64,000 bases of DNA, taken from contig CAVZKL010000017.1 of the NCBI GenBank assembly GCA_963775895.1, positions 96,001-160,000 of the forward strand, written 5' to 3'. Of this stretch, positions 1 to 10,045 are shown piece after piece. This DNA is from Candidatus Bathyarchaeota archaeon (GTDB lineage: Archaea; Thermoproteota; Bathyarchaeia; Bathyarchaeales; Bathycorpusculaceae). The position numbers were made by a program, and so were the translations under genes. The first letter of the stretch is position 1. Every line of letters begins with the position of its first letter. Under the pieces are notes generated by a model. The model ran no database searches, was not told where the DNA came from, and saw only the letters and a list, made by a program, of their open reading frames with translations.

Positions 1-548
1 CCTCGTTTCGGGTGGTCTCCTCTACCTGCAAAAATGCAGGACGGTTCGGCAGTCCAGTTTGCTATTTCAAGCTTGTTTTCGTCAACGATGGCGTATCCGA
101 ACTTCTCTCTCAGCCCCTCTCGTATTATCTTTCTCTCAGTCGTGAGCTTTTTCTTCTCTTCTTTGGGCATGTTCAGTTTTTTTTGCTGTTCCTGCGTGAT
201 GTAGGCCGCCACTTCTGAGAAATCTATCTGCCCGTTGTCGTCGGTCATCCATTCGTTGTGATCTTTGTCTAGACCATTCAAGTGACTTTTCTCGAAGGCA
301 CGGAGGAATTCCAAGGAAGGATTTTCCGCCTTCAGCGTTGCGAGGAAGTCCTGAATGAAATTCTTGTAAAAGACTCTGTCAGGAGGAGATGTCGGTGACT
401 GTCTCTTCCTGATCCAGAAAACCGCCATCTGTTCGGTTTTTGGAGACAGTTTTACTGATTGTCCTGGAATCTTGATATGAAAGCCTCTGTAATCATATCG
501 CGGAACTTGTATTCCGTTGTGGGCGAGGCTTTTCATACGGTATTTCAT
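1..548 (-). CDS. DNA topoisomerase IB, N-terminal part (runs off window edge)
   Basis: Own translation from ATG at 548: MKYRMKSLAHNGIQVPRYDY...EIANWTAEPSCIFAGRGDHPKRG, matching the TopIB HNG and EPxxxFxGRGxHPKxG motifs; not in the ORF track because no stop falls in the window. Confidence 0.85.
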   Translation of the reverse strand, partial: MKYRMKSLAHNGIQVPRYDYRGFHIKIPGQSVKLSPKTEQMAVFWIRKRQSPTSPPDRVFYKNFIQDFLATLKAENPSLEFLRAFEKSHLNGLDKDHNEWMTDDNGQIDFSEVAAYITQEQQKKLNMPKEEKKKLTTERKIIREGLREKFGYAIVDENKLEIANWTAEPSCIFAGRGDHPKR

Positions 549-611
549 TGTTTATCTCTCGTCATATACGCTGAAGCTCAATATTTGCGTTTTTTGTGAT
601 TTTAAAGTTGC

Positions 612-1011
612 CTAAAAAACTTGTCCCTCGGACTGTCTCTTTCTCCGAAAATTCCTATGGAGCTGTTCAACCGTCTCATCGTCAATGTAGCCTTTGTGGG
701 GACGGAAACCGCCCGCGAACGTAGCTGGAATGTGAAGCAGCTCGTGTATGATGGTCTTCTCTTTGTTGTCTTGCGTCTAGTCTGTCATATCGTTCTGATA
801 TGACCTCTATCACGTATGCTGAGGGAAGGTTGAGGGTTTCCTGCCAGACTTTTCCGAGTCCGTGGATCCTTGCGATCGTGCGCCGGGAGGCGGATCCTTT
901 GCTTCTAATGCAGAAGACGAACTGCGGGACGATGTGGAAGAAGCCTAGTTTCTCAGCGATTTCGTCGGCTAGTTTCTTGACGTCGGGGGCTTCAGAGTAG
1001 GTTATCGGCAC
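612..1011 (-). CDS. predicted metallopeptidase (COG4900-like), one apparent frameshift
   Basis: ORF 682-1041 (RSKGSASRRTIARIHG...YVIEVISERYD) continues in another frame near 770 as KTIIHELLHIP (HExxH) to TAG at 612. Confidence 0.7.
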
Positions 1012-1059
1012 GGCTATCACCACATACACTGTTTGAAACACTCTTACAGTTGCCGGTAG

Positions 1060-1552
1060 TTATTTCCGTGTTGCACTTGCTGCGGCCAGGAAGACAGCTC
1101 TGACGATTAGCGATATGCCAAGAAGCATTAAAATTAAGGCCCAGAATTCAAACCATCTTGATTGCCCAATCAGCCACGTTTGAACAAGATACGCTGTTCC
1201 AAACCAGAAGACAATGTCTGAAAGGTTTTCAGCTCTTCTGCGCACTGGCGAAATCACCAAAAATCTGATTACCAACATTGCGACTAGAAATACGCCCCAA
1301 ACCAGGCTGAACTGTTCAACTGCCGTGTATACAGCTACGTGTTGCCCTATTATTGACGGCTGTGGTAACATAATGTTGTTGGGCAAATTTCCAACGTTCA
1401 CAAGGGTGAGGTCTTGGAAGAAACTGACTAGTCTTGTCATATAAATTTGGGGTCAATATGAAGATGAACCCGACCAGAACCAAGAAGAAACCAGCGGATA
1501 TTGCGCTCAAAAGTCCTTCTCTGCTTCTACGGGGGAATCCTTCCGAAACCAA
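1060..1552 (-). CDS. multi-pass membrane protein, frameshifted
   Basis: ORFs 1316-1552 and 1060-1440 overlap and join into one hydrophobic protein. Confidence 0.6.
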
Positions 1553-1670
1553 TCAGATTACCTCTCAAGAGCATTCTAGTCGCGAGAGCATATATAACAT
1601 TTCTCAGCCTAAGCATGTTTTAAATACTAAAGGTTCAGAATAAAACAAGCAGCAAACAGAGGTTAAAGAG

Positions 1671-2054
1671 ATGACGCAGTGTCCAAAATGCGGTAATGAA
1701 GTCAGTGAAGAAATGAGCTTTTGTCCGAAATGCGGAGCACCTTTGAAGATGCAGCAGCCTGCGCCTGAGACGAGCCCCAGACAATATCGAAGAGACGAAA
1801 AGTCGGAAAAGGGTGAGAAAGAGGAGAAACATGAAAAGGGTGAGAAAGGCGAGAAACACGGATACGGTTTCATGGGTCCGCTGATCGGTGGTCTGATTTT
1901 GATCTTCTTAGGTGTGTCGTTCTGGCTCGAACTCACCGGCACGCTTGACCCGAGATACGTATGGTCTTTCTTCTTGCTACTGGTCGGCATCGCAATAATC
2001 ATCGCTGCCCTCTACGTCTCCTTAGTCTTGGCCAAGAGGCATCCTCGACCCTAG
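1671..2054 (+). CDS. zinc-ribbon membrane protein with an EKxEK repeat linker
   Basis: CPKCG-x9-CPKCG, EKSEKGEKEEKHEKGEKGEKH, two C-terminal TM helices. Confidence 0.8.
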   Translation: MTQCPKCGNEVSEEMSFCPKCGAPLKMQQPAPETSPRQYRRDEKSEKGEKEEKHEKGEKGEKHGYGFMGPLIGGLILIFLGVSFWLELTGTLDPRYVWSFFLLLVGIAIIIAALYVSLVLAKRHPRP

Positions 2055-3189
2055 ATTGACCATCCAACCAGCAGTCTATGAAGTCGATGTTCCAGAAGCG
2101 TCAGGGTGTTGCGTCGGCCGAAAACTCGAAAATAGTTCTTTCCAGCAGCTTCTATCATGTCTCCCATCGCGTACCTTGGAAACAAGCATGAAGAAACTAT
2201 TAGTTCTCCCCATTCTCCACGCTTGAGCTCGTGCAGCATTTTGGTTCCTTTTCCAGTTGCCACTTCAAAGAAGTAGGTGTCATAGTTAGGAGTGACGTAG
2301 GGCAAGTCGTCAAGCTGTTGGCAGAAAACGCCCTCAGTTGCGCTATAAATCTCGACGATTGGAACCCGTCCGAAGTATTTTCTGAGCAACGGCCCGTACT
2401 TGTACTGTATCTTGCGCACACTGGTGCAGAAAAGCGCCCGAACGTTCCAGATGTCTTTCGGTTTCTTTTTATGTTTGCGCTCGACGTACTTGGCGAAGAA
2501 CAGAATCACGGGCGTCACGCCCATGGCGGCGGTCACGTTCTTGTCTAGCGCTTGTTGATATGCGAGTTCGAATCTCTTCTCCCAATCGGGCTTTCTAACG
2601 CCTGCTCCCAGAGCGTCTATTTCCTCTTGTCTAGGAATGAGTCCGATCTGGTCGAGTGCGGGATTGAGTCGTGCATAGGTGCCTGAACTGTACCCGTACG
2701 TCATGGTCTGTCCGTTTACAACTACCGAGTGGACGTTCGATGGAAAATTGAGGTTGAGGACCCTTCCCGTGAATAAGTCATAGTTCCCGGTTCTGAGCGC
2801 ATGATTTATCAAGCCCCTTGCCCCGCACAGTCAGGATCTGCTCAATATGCTTCTTCGTGACTGGCAGAACTTTCGCGGGACCTGTTGACCCCCTAGTCAT
2901 TACCCAGCACAACAATGGCTCAGGAAGAATCGATTTGTAATCGCCTTTCATGATGTCCTCGAAGTATGGGTTAAGATCTCGGAAGTCCACCGTTGCAAAG
3001 TGTTTCCTGAAATCCTCAACGTCTCGTACTTCCGACGCATGGCGATTCTGTCCGTAACGTGTTTTGCCGTATTCTTTCAGAAGCGCAGATAAGACTTCCT
3101 CCTGACTTTGCTGCGGGTCTTTCCAAAGATTTGTACCAAGGCTGGACTAACGGTCGAAAGATGCTGTCGAAGGTGTTTCCTGCAAACAT
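2051..3189 (-). CDS. GH3-family (acyl-acid amido synthetase-like) protein, frameshifted
   Basis: Fragments 3016-3279, 2778-2990 and 2051-2812; motifs TRGSTG-AKVLP, YSATEG, RYAMGD typical of the GH3/ANL fold. Confidence 0.7.
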
Positions 3190-3370
3190 TTTGTCCAGTG
3201 TTCTAGTTGGTTTTAGCCGTTTTATGTGTTTCTTATTTATAAGCTGCGTTGCCGTTGCACGCCAAAATTGCAGTTGCACTTTTGAAAACGTTATTAAGAT
3301 GTTTCTTCTGGCAGAATTGAAGCTGGATAGAAAAAGAGGTTTAGAGCGCTGCTTTTTTGACCTGCGTTCT

Positions 3371-3734
3371 TTACACGTATTTTTTGTCCTTGTAACAATA
3401 CCATCTCTGGTATTGTTGAATGTAAGTCAAAGGTCCTCCGCATGTAGGACAAATGGGTTGCTGCGTTTGGGCCTGCTGAGGTTGACGCTACTGCTTGGGG
3501 TCCGAAAGTTTGCGCGGTTGATGGCTTTAGAAGAACGTAGTCTCCCGCGGCTTGGATTTGTTCCCATGGAACTTCCTTGTCTTGACCCTTCTCTGTTTCG
3601 ACGATTAGGGTCATGCCCACTTTTCCAACCGTAAATGCGATATCCTTGATTGTCCCAGCACCATTTCCCTCGCTGTCAATCACCTGCATACCTATGAGTC
3701 GGTCTTTTGTCAACGCCTTTTCTTGTTTGGACAT
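3371..3734 (-). CDS. PRC-barrel protein with C-terminal zinc ribbon, frameshifted
   Basis: LIGMQVIDSEG...IKDI...VPWEQIQAAGDYVLL; the alternative frame gives CPTCGGPLTYIQQYQRWYCYKDKKYV ending at 3371. Confidence 0.7.
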
Positions 3735-3991
3735 TTTTCTCTTCACCTTCACACAGATTTCAGTTAGACCAACGATTAATAAGCTTTCAGACCTCCAGAT
3801 TCACTTCAACTGAGATGGCTGTTGGCTGGCGCGCCTTTTCGACCCGTGAACGCCAAAGCCAGGTTATGTTGAATGGTCGGCGATTGCAGAGACCGGTTTT
3901 GCCTGTTGCTGGCCACCGAGTTGAACCGTCTTAAAGCTTTATTAACATTAAGAGAAAATAATAGACACTGTAAATCAGCAAACCATGTGAG

Positions 3992-4498
3992 ATGAGAAAA
4001 ATGTCAACAGGAAGCAGTTCACAGTTCGACATAAACCATTGGCTCTTACGCCTCGTTGCATTCATAATCGACAGCATAATAATCGGCATCGTAGCATGCA
4101 TCATATACTTCATCGTAACTCTGTCCATCATCTTGGGCGGCGGTTTGTGGTTCTTGTGGGGGCCATTCCTACTGCTTGGCTTTCTCTTAGGCGTACTTGA
4201 ACTCATTTACTTCATGTTTATGGAAGCTTCATATGGTGCAACGCTGGGGAAGAGAATCTTGGGATTACAGGTGCAAATGGTAAACGGTAGCAAAGTGACG
4301 TTTGAAAAAGCATTCATCCGTAACATAAGCAAGATACATGGGCTTTTCCTCCTACTGGACTGGATATTGGGAGTCGTTACCGCTGGGCACGACCAACGCC
4401 AGAAGTACTCTGATCGTATTGCAGGAACAACAGTTGTTCAACTGAAACAGCCTCTTGCAACAACTAGTCCACCTCCTCCACCGCCTCCACCGACATAG
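3992..4498 (+). CDS. RDD family membrane protein
   Basis: RLVAFIID...GATLGKRILGL...Q..SDRIAGT motifs, poly-Pro tail. Confidence 0.85.
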   Translation: MRKMSTGSSSQFDINHWLLRLVAFIIDSIIIGIVACIIYFIVTLSIILGGGLWFLWGPFLLLGFLLGVLELIYFMFMEASYGATLGKRILGLQVQMVNGSKVTFEKAFIRNISKIHGLFLLLDWILGVVTAGHDQRQKYSDRIAGTTVVQLKQPLATTSPPPPPPPPT

Positions 4499-4528
4499 CA
4501 ACGGTAATTTGGAGATTGAACCTCAGTC

Positions 4529-4553
4529 TTTCCCTTTTTTTGATATCCTTTTC
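4529..4553 (+). terminator. U-rich archaeal terminator after the RDD gene
   Basis: tttcccttttttt...ccttttc pyrimidine tract about 30 nt after the stop. Confidence 0.45.
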
Positions 4554-4777
4554 GCGATGAAAGTCATATTCTTGGATTAAAGGCCACTAACCATTGGGTT
4601 TTCGAACCCAACGTCGTCCTCAATATTCAGTGTCTTCGGCTATTGTCACAAGAATTTGTGGGGACAGCCAGCTGAGACGCTTTTGTCCTTTTAAAATGGG
4701 TGGATAATTGTGCGCGTTGATCTTGTGAAATATAATGTTTAAATACGTTCCATCTCTAGTTCTATCGGAAAATAGAA

Positions 4778-6197
4778 ATGTCATCTGAAAACGTTCATCT
4801 CTTCAACACTCTTGCGCGATCCAAAGAAAGATTCATCGCAATAGAACACGGGCACGTGAAAATGTACACCTGCGGGCCCACAGTCTATGACTATAGTCAC
4901 ATAGGAAATATGCGGGCCTTCATTTTCGAGGATCTGCTCAAGAGATGGTTAGAATACAGAGGATTCAAGGTCACGCACGTAATGAACCTGACGGATGTTG
5001 ACGATCGAACTATTAAAGCCGCCAGAATCCAAGGCATCCCCATCAAACAACATGCGGAACGCTTCATACAAGTGTTCTTCGAAGATGTAACGACATTGGG
5101 AATTGAGAGAGCAGACATCTATCCGAAGGCAACAGACCACATTCCCGAAATGGTTGTACTCGTCAAGAAGCTTATCGATAAGGGATATGCATATCGAAGT
5201 GAGGATGGCTCAATATATTTCAGCATTTCAAAATTCAAAGACTACGGCAAACTCGCCAGAATCCAAGTCAGTGAACTCAAGGCTGGCGCCAGAGTGAAAG
5301 TCGACGATTATGAGAAGGAGGAAGCCTCTGACTTCGTACTGTGGAAAGCATGGGATCCGGAGGATGGCGATGTTTTCTGGAACACGGAAATCGGCAAAGG
5401 CAGACCGGGCTGGCATATAGAGTGTTCGGCAATGTCGATGAAGTATTTGGGAGAAACGTTTGATATTCACTGCGGCGGGGTGGACAACTTGTTTCCTCAT
5501 CATGAGAACGAGATCGCTCAGAGCGAGGCGGCTACTGGAAAGAAGTTCGTGAATTACTGGCTCCACAACGAGCATTTGCTGGTTGAGGGCAAGAAGATGG
5601 CGAAGAGGCTCGGTAACTATTTCACGGTGAGGGACCTAACCGCGAAAGGCTACGATCCTATCGCAATACGTTACCTTATGATATCTACGCACTATCGACA
5701 GCAGTTGAACTTCACTTTCGAAGGGTTAGATGCGGCTGGGAAAACGCTTGATCGTTTGAGAAATTTCATGAATCGCTTGATGGAAGCTGATGGAAAAGCA
5801 AGTGGCCATGCGCTCCAGCAGCTCGTAGAGACTGTGCGGACAGGCTTTGAAGAAGCGATGGACGACGACTTGAACATAAGTGTCGCTCTAGCCCATCTGT
5901 TTGACTTTGTTCGGGACGTGAACAACCTGTTGGACAAAGGTCTATTAGGCAGGGAAGAGGCAAAGGAAATTTGGTACGATGATGCTTAGGTTTGACAAGG
6001 TTCTGGGCGTGATCGGTGAAGTCGAGAAAGGCCAGGAGCTGTCTGACGAGGCGCAGCAGCTCATTCGCAAACGTGAAGAGGCGCGAAAGGCCAAGGACTG
6101 GAAAACCGCTGATCAGATACGAGAGCAGCTCAAGGCCATGGGCATCGTGATCGAGGATACGGCGCAAGGTGTCAAATGGAAAAAGGAAAACCGCTGA
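4778..6197 (+). CDS. cysS: cysteine--tRNA ligase, one apparent frameshift near 5980
   Basis: YTCGPTVY, HIGN, GRPGWHIECS, KMAK motifs; the anticodon-binding tail is in ORF 5979-6197. Confidence 0.95.
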
Positions 6198-6244
6198 TCC
6201 TGTAGGGTATTTGAAGGATGATTTCTTGAGGAAGTCAGGATCGC

Positions 6245-6793
6245 ATGAACCCTGCTGAAATCTTGATGTTGAAAATGATGCAGCTGCTAAGAGCCTTGAA
6301 TGTCACTAGCGTCTTTCGAATTGGGTTGTCATCGTACAGGTTCACGGATTACTTCAAGGGTATGGAAAAAGTTGGAGCTGTGAGAGAAATATTCGGCGAA
6401 AAGACAGAGGAAGTTCTGCACAACCTGATGGTCGAGTTCACTTTCATCGGTGGTTACATGTTTGTAAACAACGCTAACGGTCATTTAATGATTAGCTCAC
6501 GGTACCTCAACAGGGGAGATAGAATCGATATATACTTGGACCTTATACACGAACTCGTCCACGTGAAGCAGCTTATGGAAGGAAAGGAGCTGTTCGATGT
6601 CCATTACGGTTATGCCGAAAGGCCGACCGAGATCGAGGCTTACCGTGCAGCGGTGCTTGAGGCAAAGAGACTCGGGTTGAGTGAGGACAGGATTTGCCAG
6701 TACCTAAAGACCGAATGGATGAACGTCGAAGATTTTAGGAGACTGGCAAAGTCAATGAACGTAAATTGTGAACACTGGCTAATGGCAATGTAG
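6245..6793 (+). CDS. hypothetical HExxH zincin-like protein
   Basis: LIHELVHVKQ followed by EIEAY (possible third ligand); true start uncertain. Confidence 0.6.
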   Translation: MNPAEILMLKMMQLLRALNVTSVFRIGLSSYRFTDYFKGMEKVGAVREIFGEKTEEVLHNLMVEFTFIGGYMFVNNANGHLMISSRYLNRGDRIDIYLDLIHELVHVKQLMEGKELFDVHYGYAERPTEIEAYRAAVLEAKRLGLSEDRICQYLKTEWMNVEDFRRLAKSMNVNCEHWLMAM

Positions 6794-6816
6794 ATTTATC
6801 ATTTTAAGACCAAATT

Positions 6817-7621
6817 TCACAGTTGACTTTTGCCCAGGCTGTTCCAATCGTCGGTGCCGTATTTCTCAAGGCAAAGTTTGTCTGAAACCTCTATCTCGAG
6901 ACTCGTCAGCTTTCCAGGTGCAAGTCGGATATCCAGCGCCCGGTTGAACCCTTCGATCAGCGCCTCGGTGACTTCCGCGACTGTTGTTCTTTCCGTAATT
7001 CCTCGTCTAGCGACGTGATTCTTGTTCTTGGCAACGTCAACGACTTGTCTTAATCGTAGTTGCCCAAGGGACGCGGAGAAAAGTGAACATTTTCGTCAAG
7101 TTGACCTTCAGGAGAAGTGTGCCGTGCTGCAGGACGACTCCTTTCTTGTGGGCTTGAGCGCTGCCAGAAATCTTCTTTCCATTAATGGTGAGGTTTGGGC
7201 AGGTCTTCTCGTTGCCTCGGTTGAAATCTGCTTTTACGCCCAGTGTCCGAACGGCTTCGACCAACCCCGAGTAAATCTTGTTGTAGACTTCGTTGATGTC
7301 CTCAGTTCCTAGATCGTCTTTCTCGGCGACTACGCTATAGGTGATTTCATCGACTGCGTCATGATAAACGGCTCCTCCGCCGGTTATTCTCCTAACAACG
7401 TCAACGCCATGCGCTTTGCAGTTCTCTAAGTGGACCTCTTTTTCAACTTCTTGAAATCTTCCAATTGACACGGCGGAAGGGTTCCATCGGTAGAATCTTA
7501 TCGTGTTTGGAGCAAGGCCTCTCATCCTCGCCTGCAGGATTGATTCGTCAATTGCCATGTTTTCGAAGGCGTTGCGAGTCTCGATTTCGAGCAAGCGCCA
7601 AGTTGTCAAAGTGTTAACCAC
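6817..7621 (-). CDS. lplA: lipoate-protein ligase A family, C-terminal frameshift
   Basis: NMAIDE, VRRITGGGAVYHD, KKISGSAQ, LQHGTLL; the C-terminus continues in another frame to EKYGTDDWN. Confidence 0.85.
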
Positions 7622-7654
7622 GGAAGGAAAATCAGATTGCTCTTAAGTATATTG

Positions 7655-7662
7655 CGATTCCT
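7655..7662 (+). repeat. left target-site duplication CGATTCCT
   Basis: Identical 8-mer immediately outside both terminal repeats. Confidence 0.9.
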
Positions 7663-7714
7663 GGTTCTGTCAAGTCTCCGTCGGAAAAGGGTTCATGTAA
7701 AAATTCGTCGGATA
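7663..7714 (+). repeat. left terminal inverted repeat
   Basis: GGTTCTGTCAAGTCTCCGTCGGAAAAGGGTTCATGTAAAAATTCGTCGGATA; 40/52 identical to the reverse complement of 10806-10857. Confidence 0.9.
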
Positions 7715-7738
7715 CAAGCCGTTTGAAGCCATTCATGA

Positions 7739-7975
7739 TCAATCTCTGAACTTATTAAGTTTAATGTAGATGTACGCCGCAAGTCCGAAACCAGCAATCA
7801 TTAGAGCCAAGCCGAAGAGAAATCCGAAAGTATCAAATGGAATCGCGTAGTAAACTGAGTCGTACATTATCTTGCGGTTAGCCAGCCAATCTTCATAGAA
7901 CATGAGCATAAACAGCAAGCCGACAACTATGAGAATGATGGCGAGCACAACTCGTTTTCTACCTTTCTCATTCAC
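7739..7975 (-). CDS. small 2-TM passenger protein
   Basis: 78 aa, two hydrophobic helices, 3-nt gap to the neighbouring ORF. Confidence 0.65.
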   Translation of the reverse strand: MNEKGRKRVVLAIILIVVGLLFMLMFYEDWLANRKIMYDSVYYAIPFDTFGFLFGLALMIAGFGLAAYIYIKLNKFRD

Positions 7976-7978
7976 TTA

Positions 7979-8224
7979 TTAACCCTCATCAAGTCCAAAC
8001 ATTCGTTTAACTGCTTTCCGAATGTCGGGTACACATACGAGAAAGAACATTATGATTAATGTTATGACTACTATAGCGGCTAAACTGTTGAAAAACTGAA
8101 TGAACCAATTAGTGCTACTGTAATACGCTTTCACAGCAAAATCGTACATTATCGCTGTGACAAATATCAGGAGGGCAATGAACAAAGAAACTTTGAACAA
8201 CGCTAGAAACTCAGCTTTCTTCAT
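7979..8224 (-). CDS. small 2-TM passenger protein
   Basis: 81 aa, two hydrophobic helices. Confidence 0.65.
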   Translation of the reverse strand: MKKAEFLALFKVSLFIALLIFVTAIMYDFAVKAYYSSTNWFIQFFNSLAAIVVITLIIMFFLVCVPDIRKAVKRMFGLDEG

Positions 8225-8414
8225 ATCACTCTTTTAGCACGTTATTGTGGCGACCCCTATCTAGTTTTCTGTATTTTTCTTCTGGCGACATGAGACTTGC
8301 CTTATCAAAGAAAACACACGAAGTACCAGAAGAGACAAGCTAGAAGAAAAGTAACAGGAACTCGTCATTAGGGCAGTAGAAAAATGGGGGATACAGGTAC
8401 GAATGTTCGAGGCA

Positions 8415-8669
8415 CTAGTACCTGTATCTTCTCTTTTTGGATTCTTTGTAGACCCAAAGAATTATCGCCGTAGCCACGAGAATATAGCCATCCGTAGTAA
8501 GCGATTGGTTTGCATTGAAACTTCGTATACCGATTCCTATGTACACAAGAGTCATGCCGAAGAACAGCAATAGCGCTAGGAAAGTCTTTGGGTTCTGCAG
8601 GTTTATACTCAGTCGTGTCATTCTCTTACTTCGTTCTATTCCTAGAAAATGACTCTTCCATTCATCCAC
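8415..8669 (-). CDS. small 2-TM passenger protein
   Basis: 84 aa, two hydrophobic helices, basic tail. Confidence 0.55.
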   Translation of the reverse strand: MDEWKSHFLGIERSKRMTRLSINLQNPKTFLALLLFFGMTLVYIGIGIRSFNANQSLTTDGYILVATAIILWVYKESKKRRYRY

Positions 8670-8806
8670 TCTAACTGCGCATAAGTTTAAATGCTAAGGT
8701 TAGCATTGTCCTTATTGGCATTAGTAGTTCAGAGTGGCGATGATATGAGCCATTCTCCAATTCTCATTCTGCTCTTTGACTATTTAAACACAGCAAAAAG
8801 TGGATT

Positions 8807-9954
8807 TTACAGGTCTTTTTGGGTCGCATTTTGAATTTTGGTCGAATTTTGAATCAGTGTTAACCATTTATTTTTTCCTTCTACCTTGATTCCGCAAGCT
8901 TCACTAGGCGTGTTACCTTCGAGTCCTTCATGAGCCCTAATGTAATTGTGAAAAATCTGATAACCTGTGAGAATCGGCGTATCATTCTTCTTGAGCCCAC
9001 GCATAGTTTTTTCTCTGTCTCTGATTTCACCATTCAACCTTTCCATTTTGTTGTTGTTTCTGTCTCCTCTAATCGTGATATGTCGTATGTGTTCGGTTCT
9101 TGGATAAGCTAAGGTTCGCCATTCTTTTTTGTACGCATCATGATATGTTGGTAAGCCGTCGGTTATCAGAGTCATGGGTTTCTTTCCCATCAATTGTCTC
9201 GCTCATCTTGAACAGTCTTCTTGCATCATGCTGGTGTTTGGTTTCTGCAACTTCCTGAGCAATCCAGAAACGAGTCTCATCATCCATCAAGGCGAAAAGA
9301 TATTTCAGGTCTCCCTTGATTTTCACGTATAATTCGTCTGCTCTCCAAGTGTCGCTTACGTTTGGAACAATTCTCTCGACGTAGTTTTTGCATCAGAGAG
9401 ACGTATTTGTTAATCCAATTATAGACGGTTTGGTGTGAGACTTCAACGCCTAGCAGTTTGAGAGATTTCATCGTGTTTCTTAATGATTCTCCGCTAAAAT
9501 AGAGTTGCATGGCAGAGGTGATGGCTTGAGGATTATGTTTCATCTTTTCAAAGCCTATGTTGAATGTGAAATAGTGCTTGCAGTCTTGGCAATAGAATTT
9601 CTGAATCTCACCACGCTTGTTCTTTCTTACTCCGTCTTTAACGATGTTTGATGAACCACAAAAGATGCATTCTGTCAAATTGTCTATGGGCTCGATTTTT
9701 CTGACTGATCTCTCTGAGTGAGACTGAAAACTCTACTGCAAAAATGTGCTTACACTTTACGTGACGATAAACGTGGTCTGGACATTCGCAGAACCATTCA
9801 TCTGAGACTTTGAAGACCTTGTATTTACCATGATTTGACTGAGATTTAACCGTGTAGGTGTTTGAGTCGATTCTTTTGATTTGGTTTGGTTGTTGTGCGA
9901 TTTCTTTTCCGCATTGTTCTCGCGTTCTTGGGATGTTGTCATTTCTATCGCCAT
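8807..9954 (-). CDS. IS6-like DDE transposase with N-terminal SWIM and Zn-ribbon domains; at least 3 frameshifts
   Basis: Joined fragments: CECPD..CKH (SWIM), CIFC..CQDC, SLRN..VSHQTVYNW (HTH), WRADE, ITDG, NNKMERLNG, HNYIRAH; start 9954 or 9973. Confidence 0.85.
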
Positions 9955-9984
9955 ATAACCGTATATACAGCATAGTATTTATGC

Positions 9985-10024
9985 TTTACGGTTTAACAGT
10001 AAACCTTAAATACGGTAAACAGTA
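9985..10024. promoter_or_regulatory. divergent promoter with palindrome and direct repeats (candidate operator)
   Basis: TTTACGGTTTA-acag-TAAACCTTAAA (10/11 inverted); TACGGTTTAACAGTA and TACGGTAAACAGTA direct repeats. Confidence 0.55.
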
Positions 10025-10045
10025 TCTAGAATGATAGGTGATCGA

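Noticed and set aside
3059-3634. 191-aa plus-strand ORF
   Set aside because: Overlaps the GH3 and PRC-barrel genes on the opposite strand and lacks motifs
4778-6197. Programmed frameshift or pseudogene in cysS and other split genes
   Set aside because: No consistent slippery motif, and indels hit many essential genes; assembly error is more parsimonious
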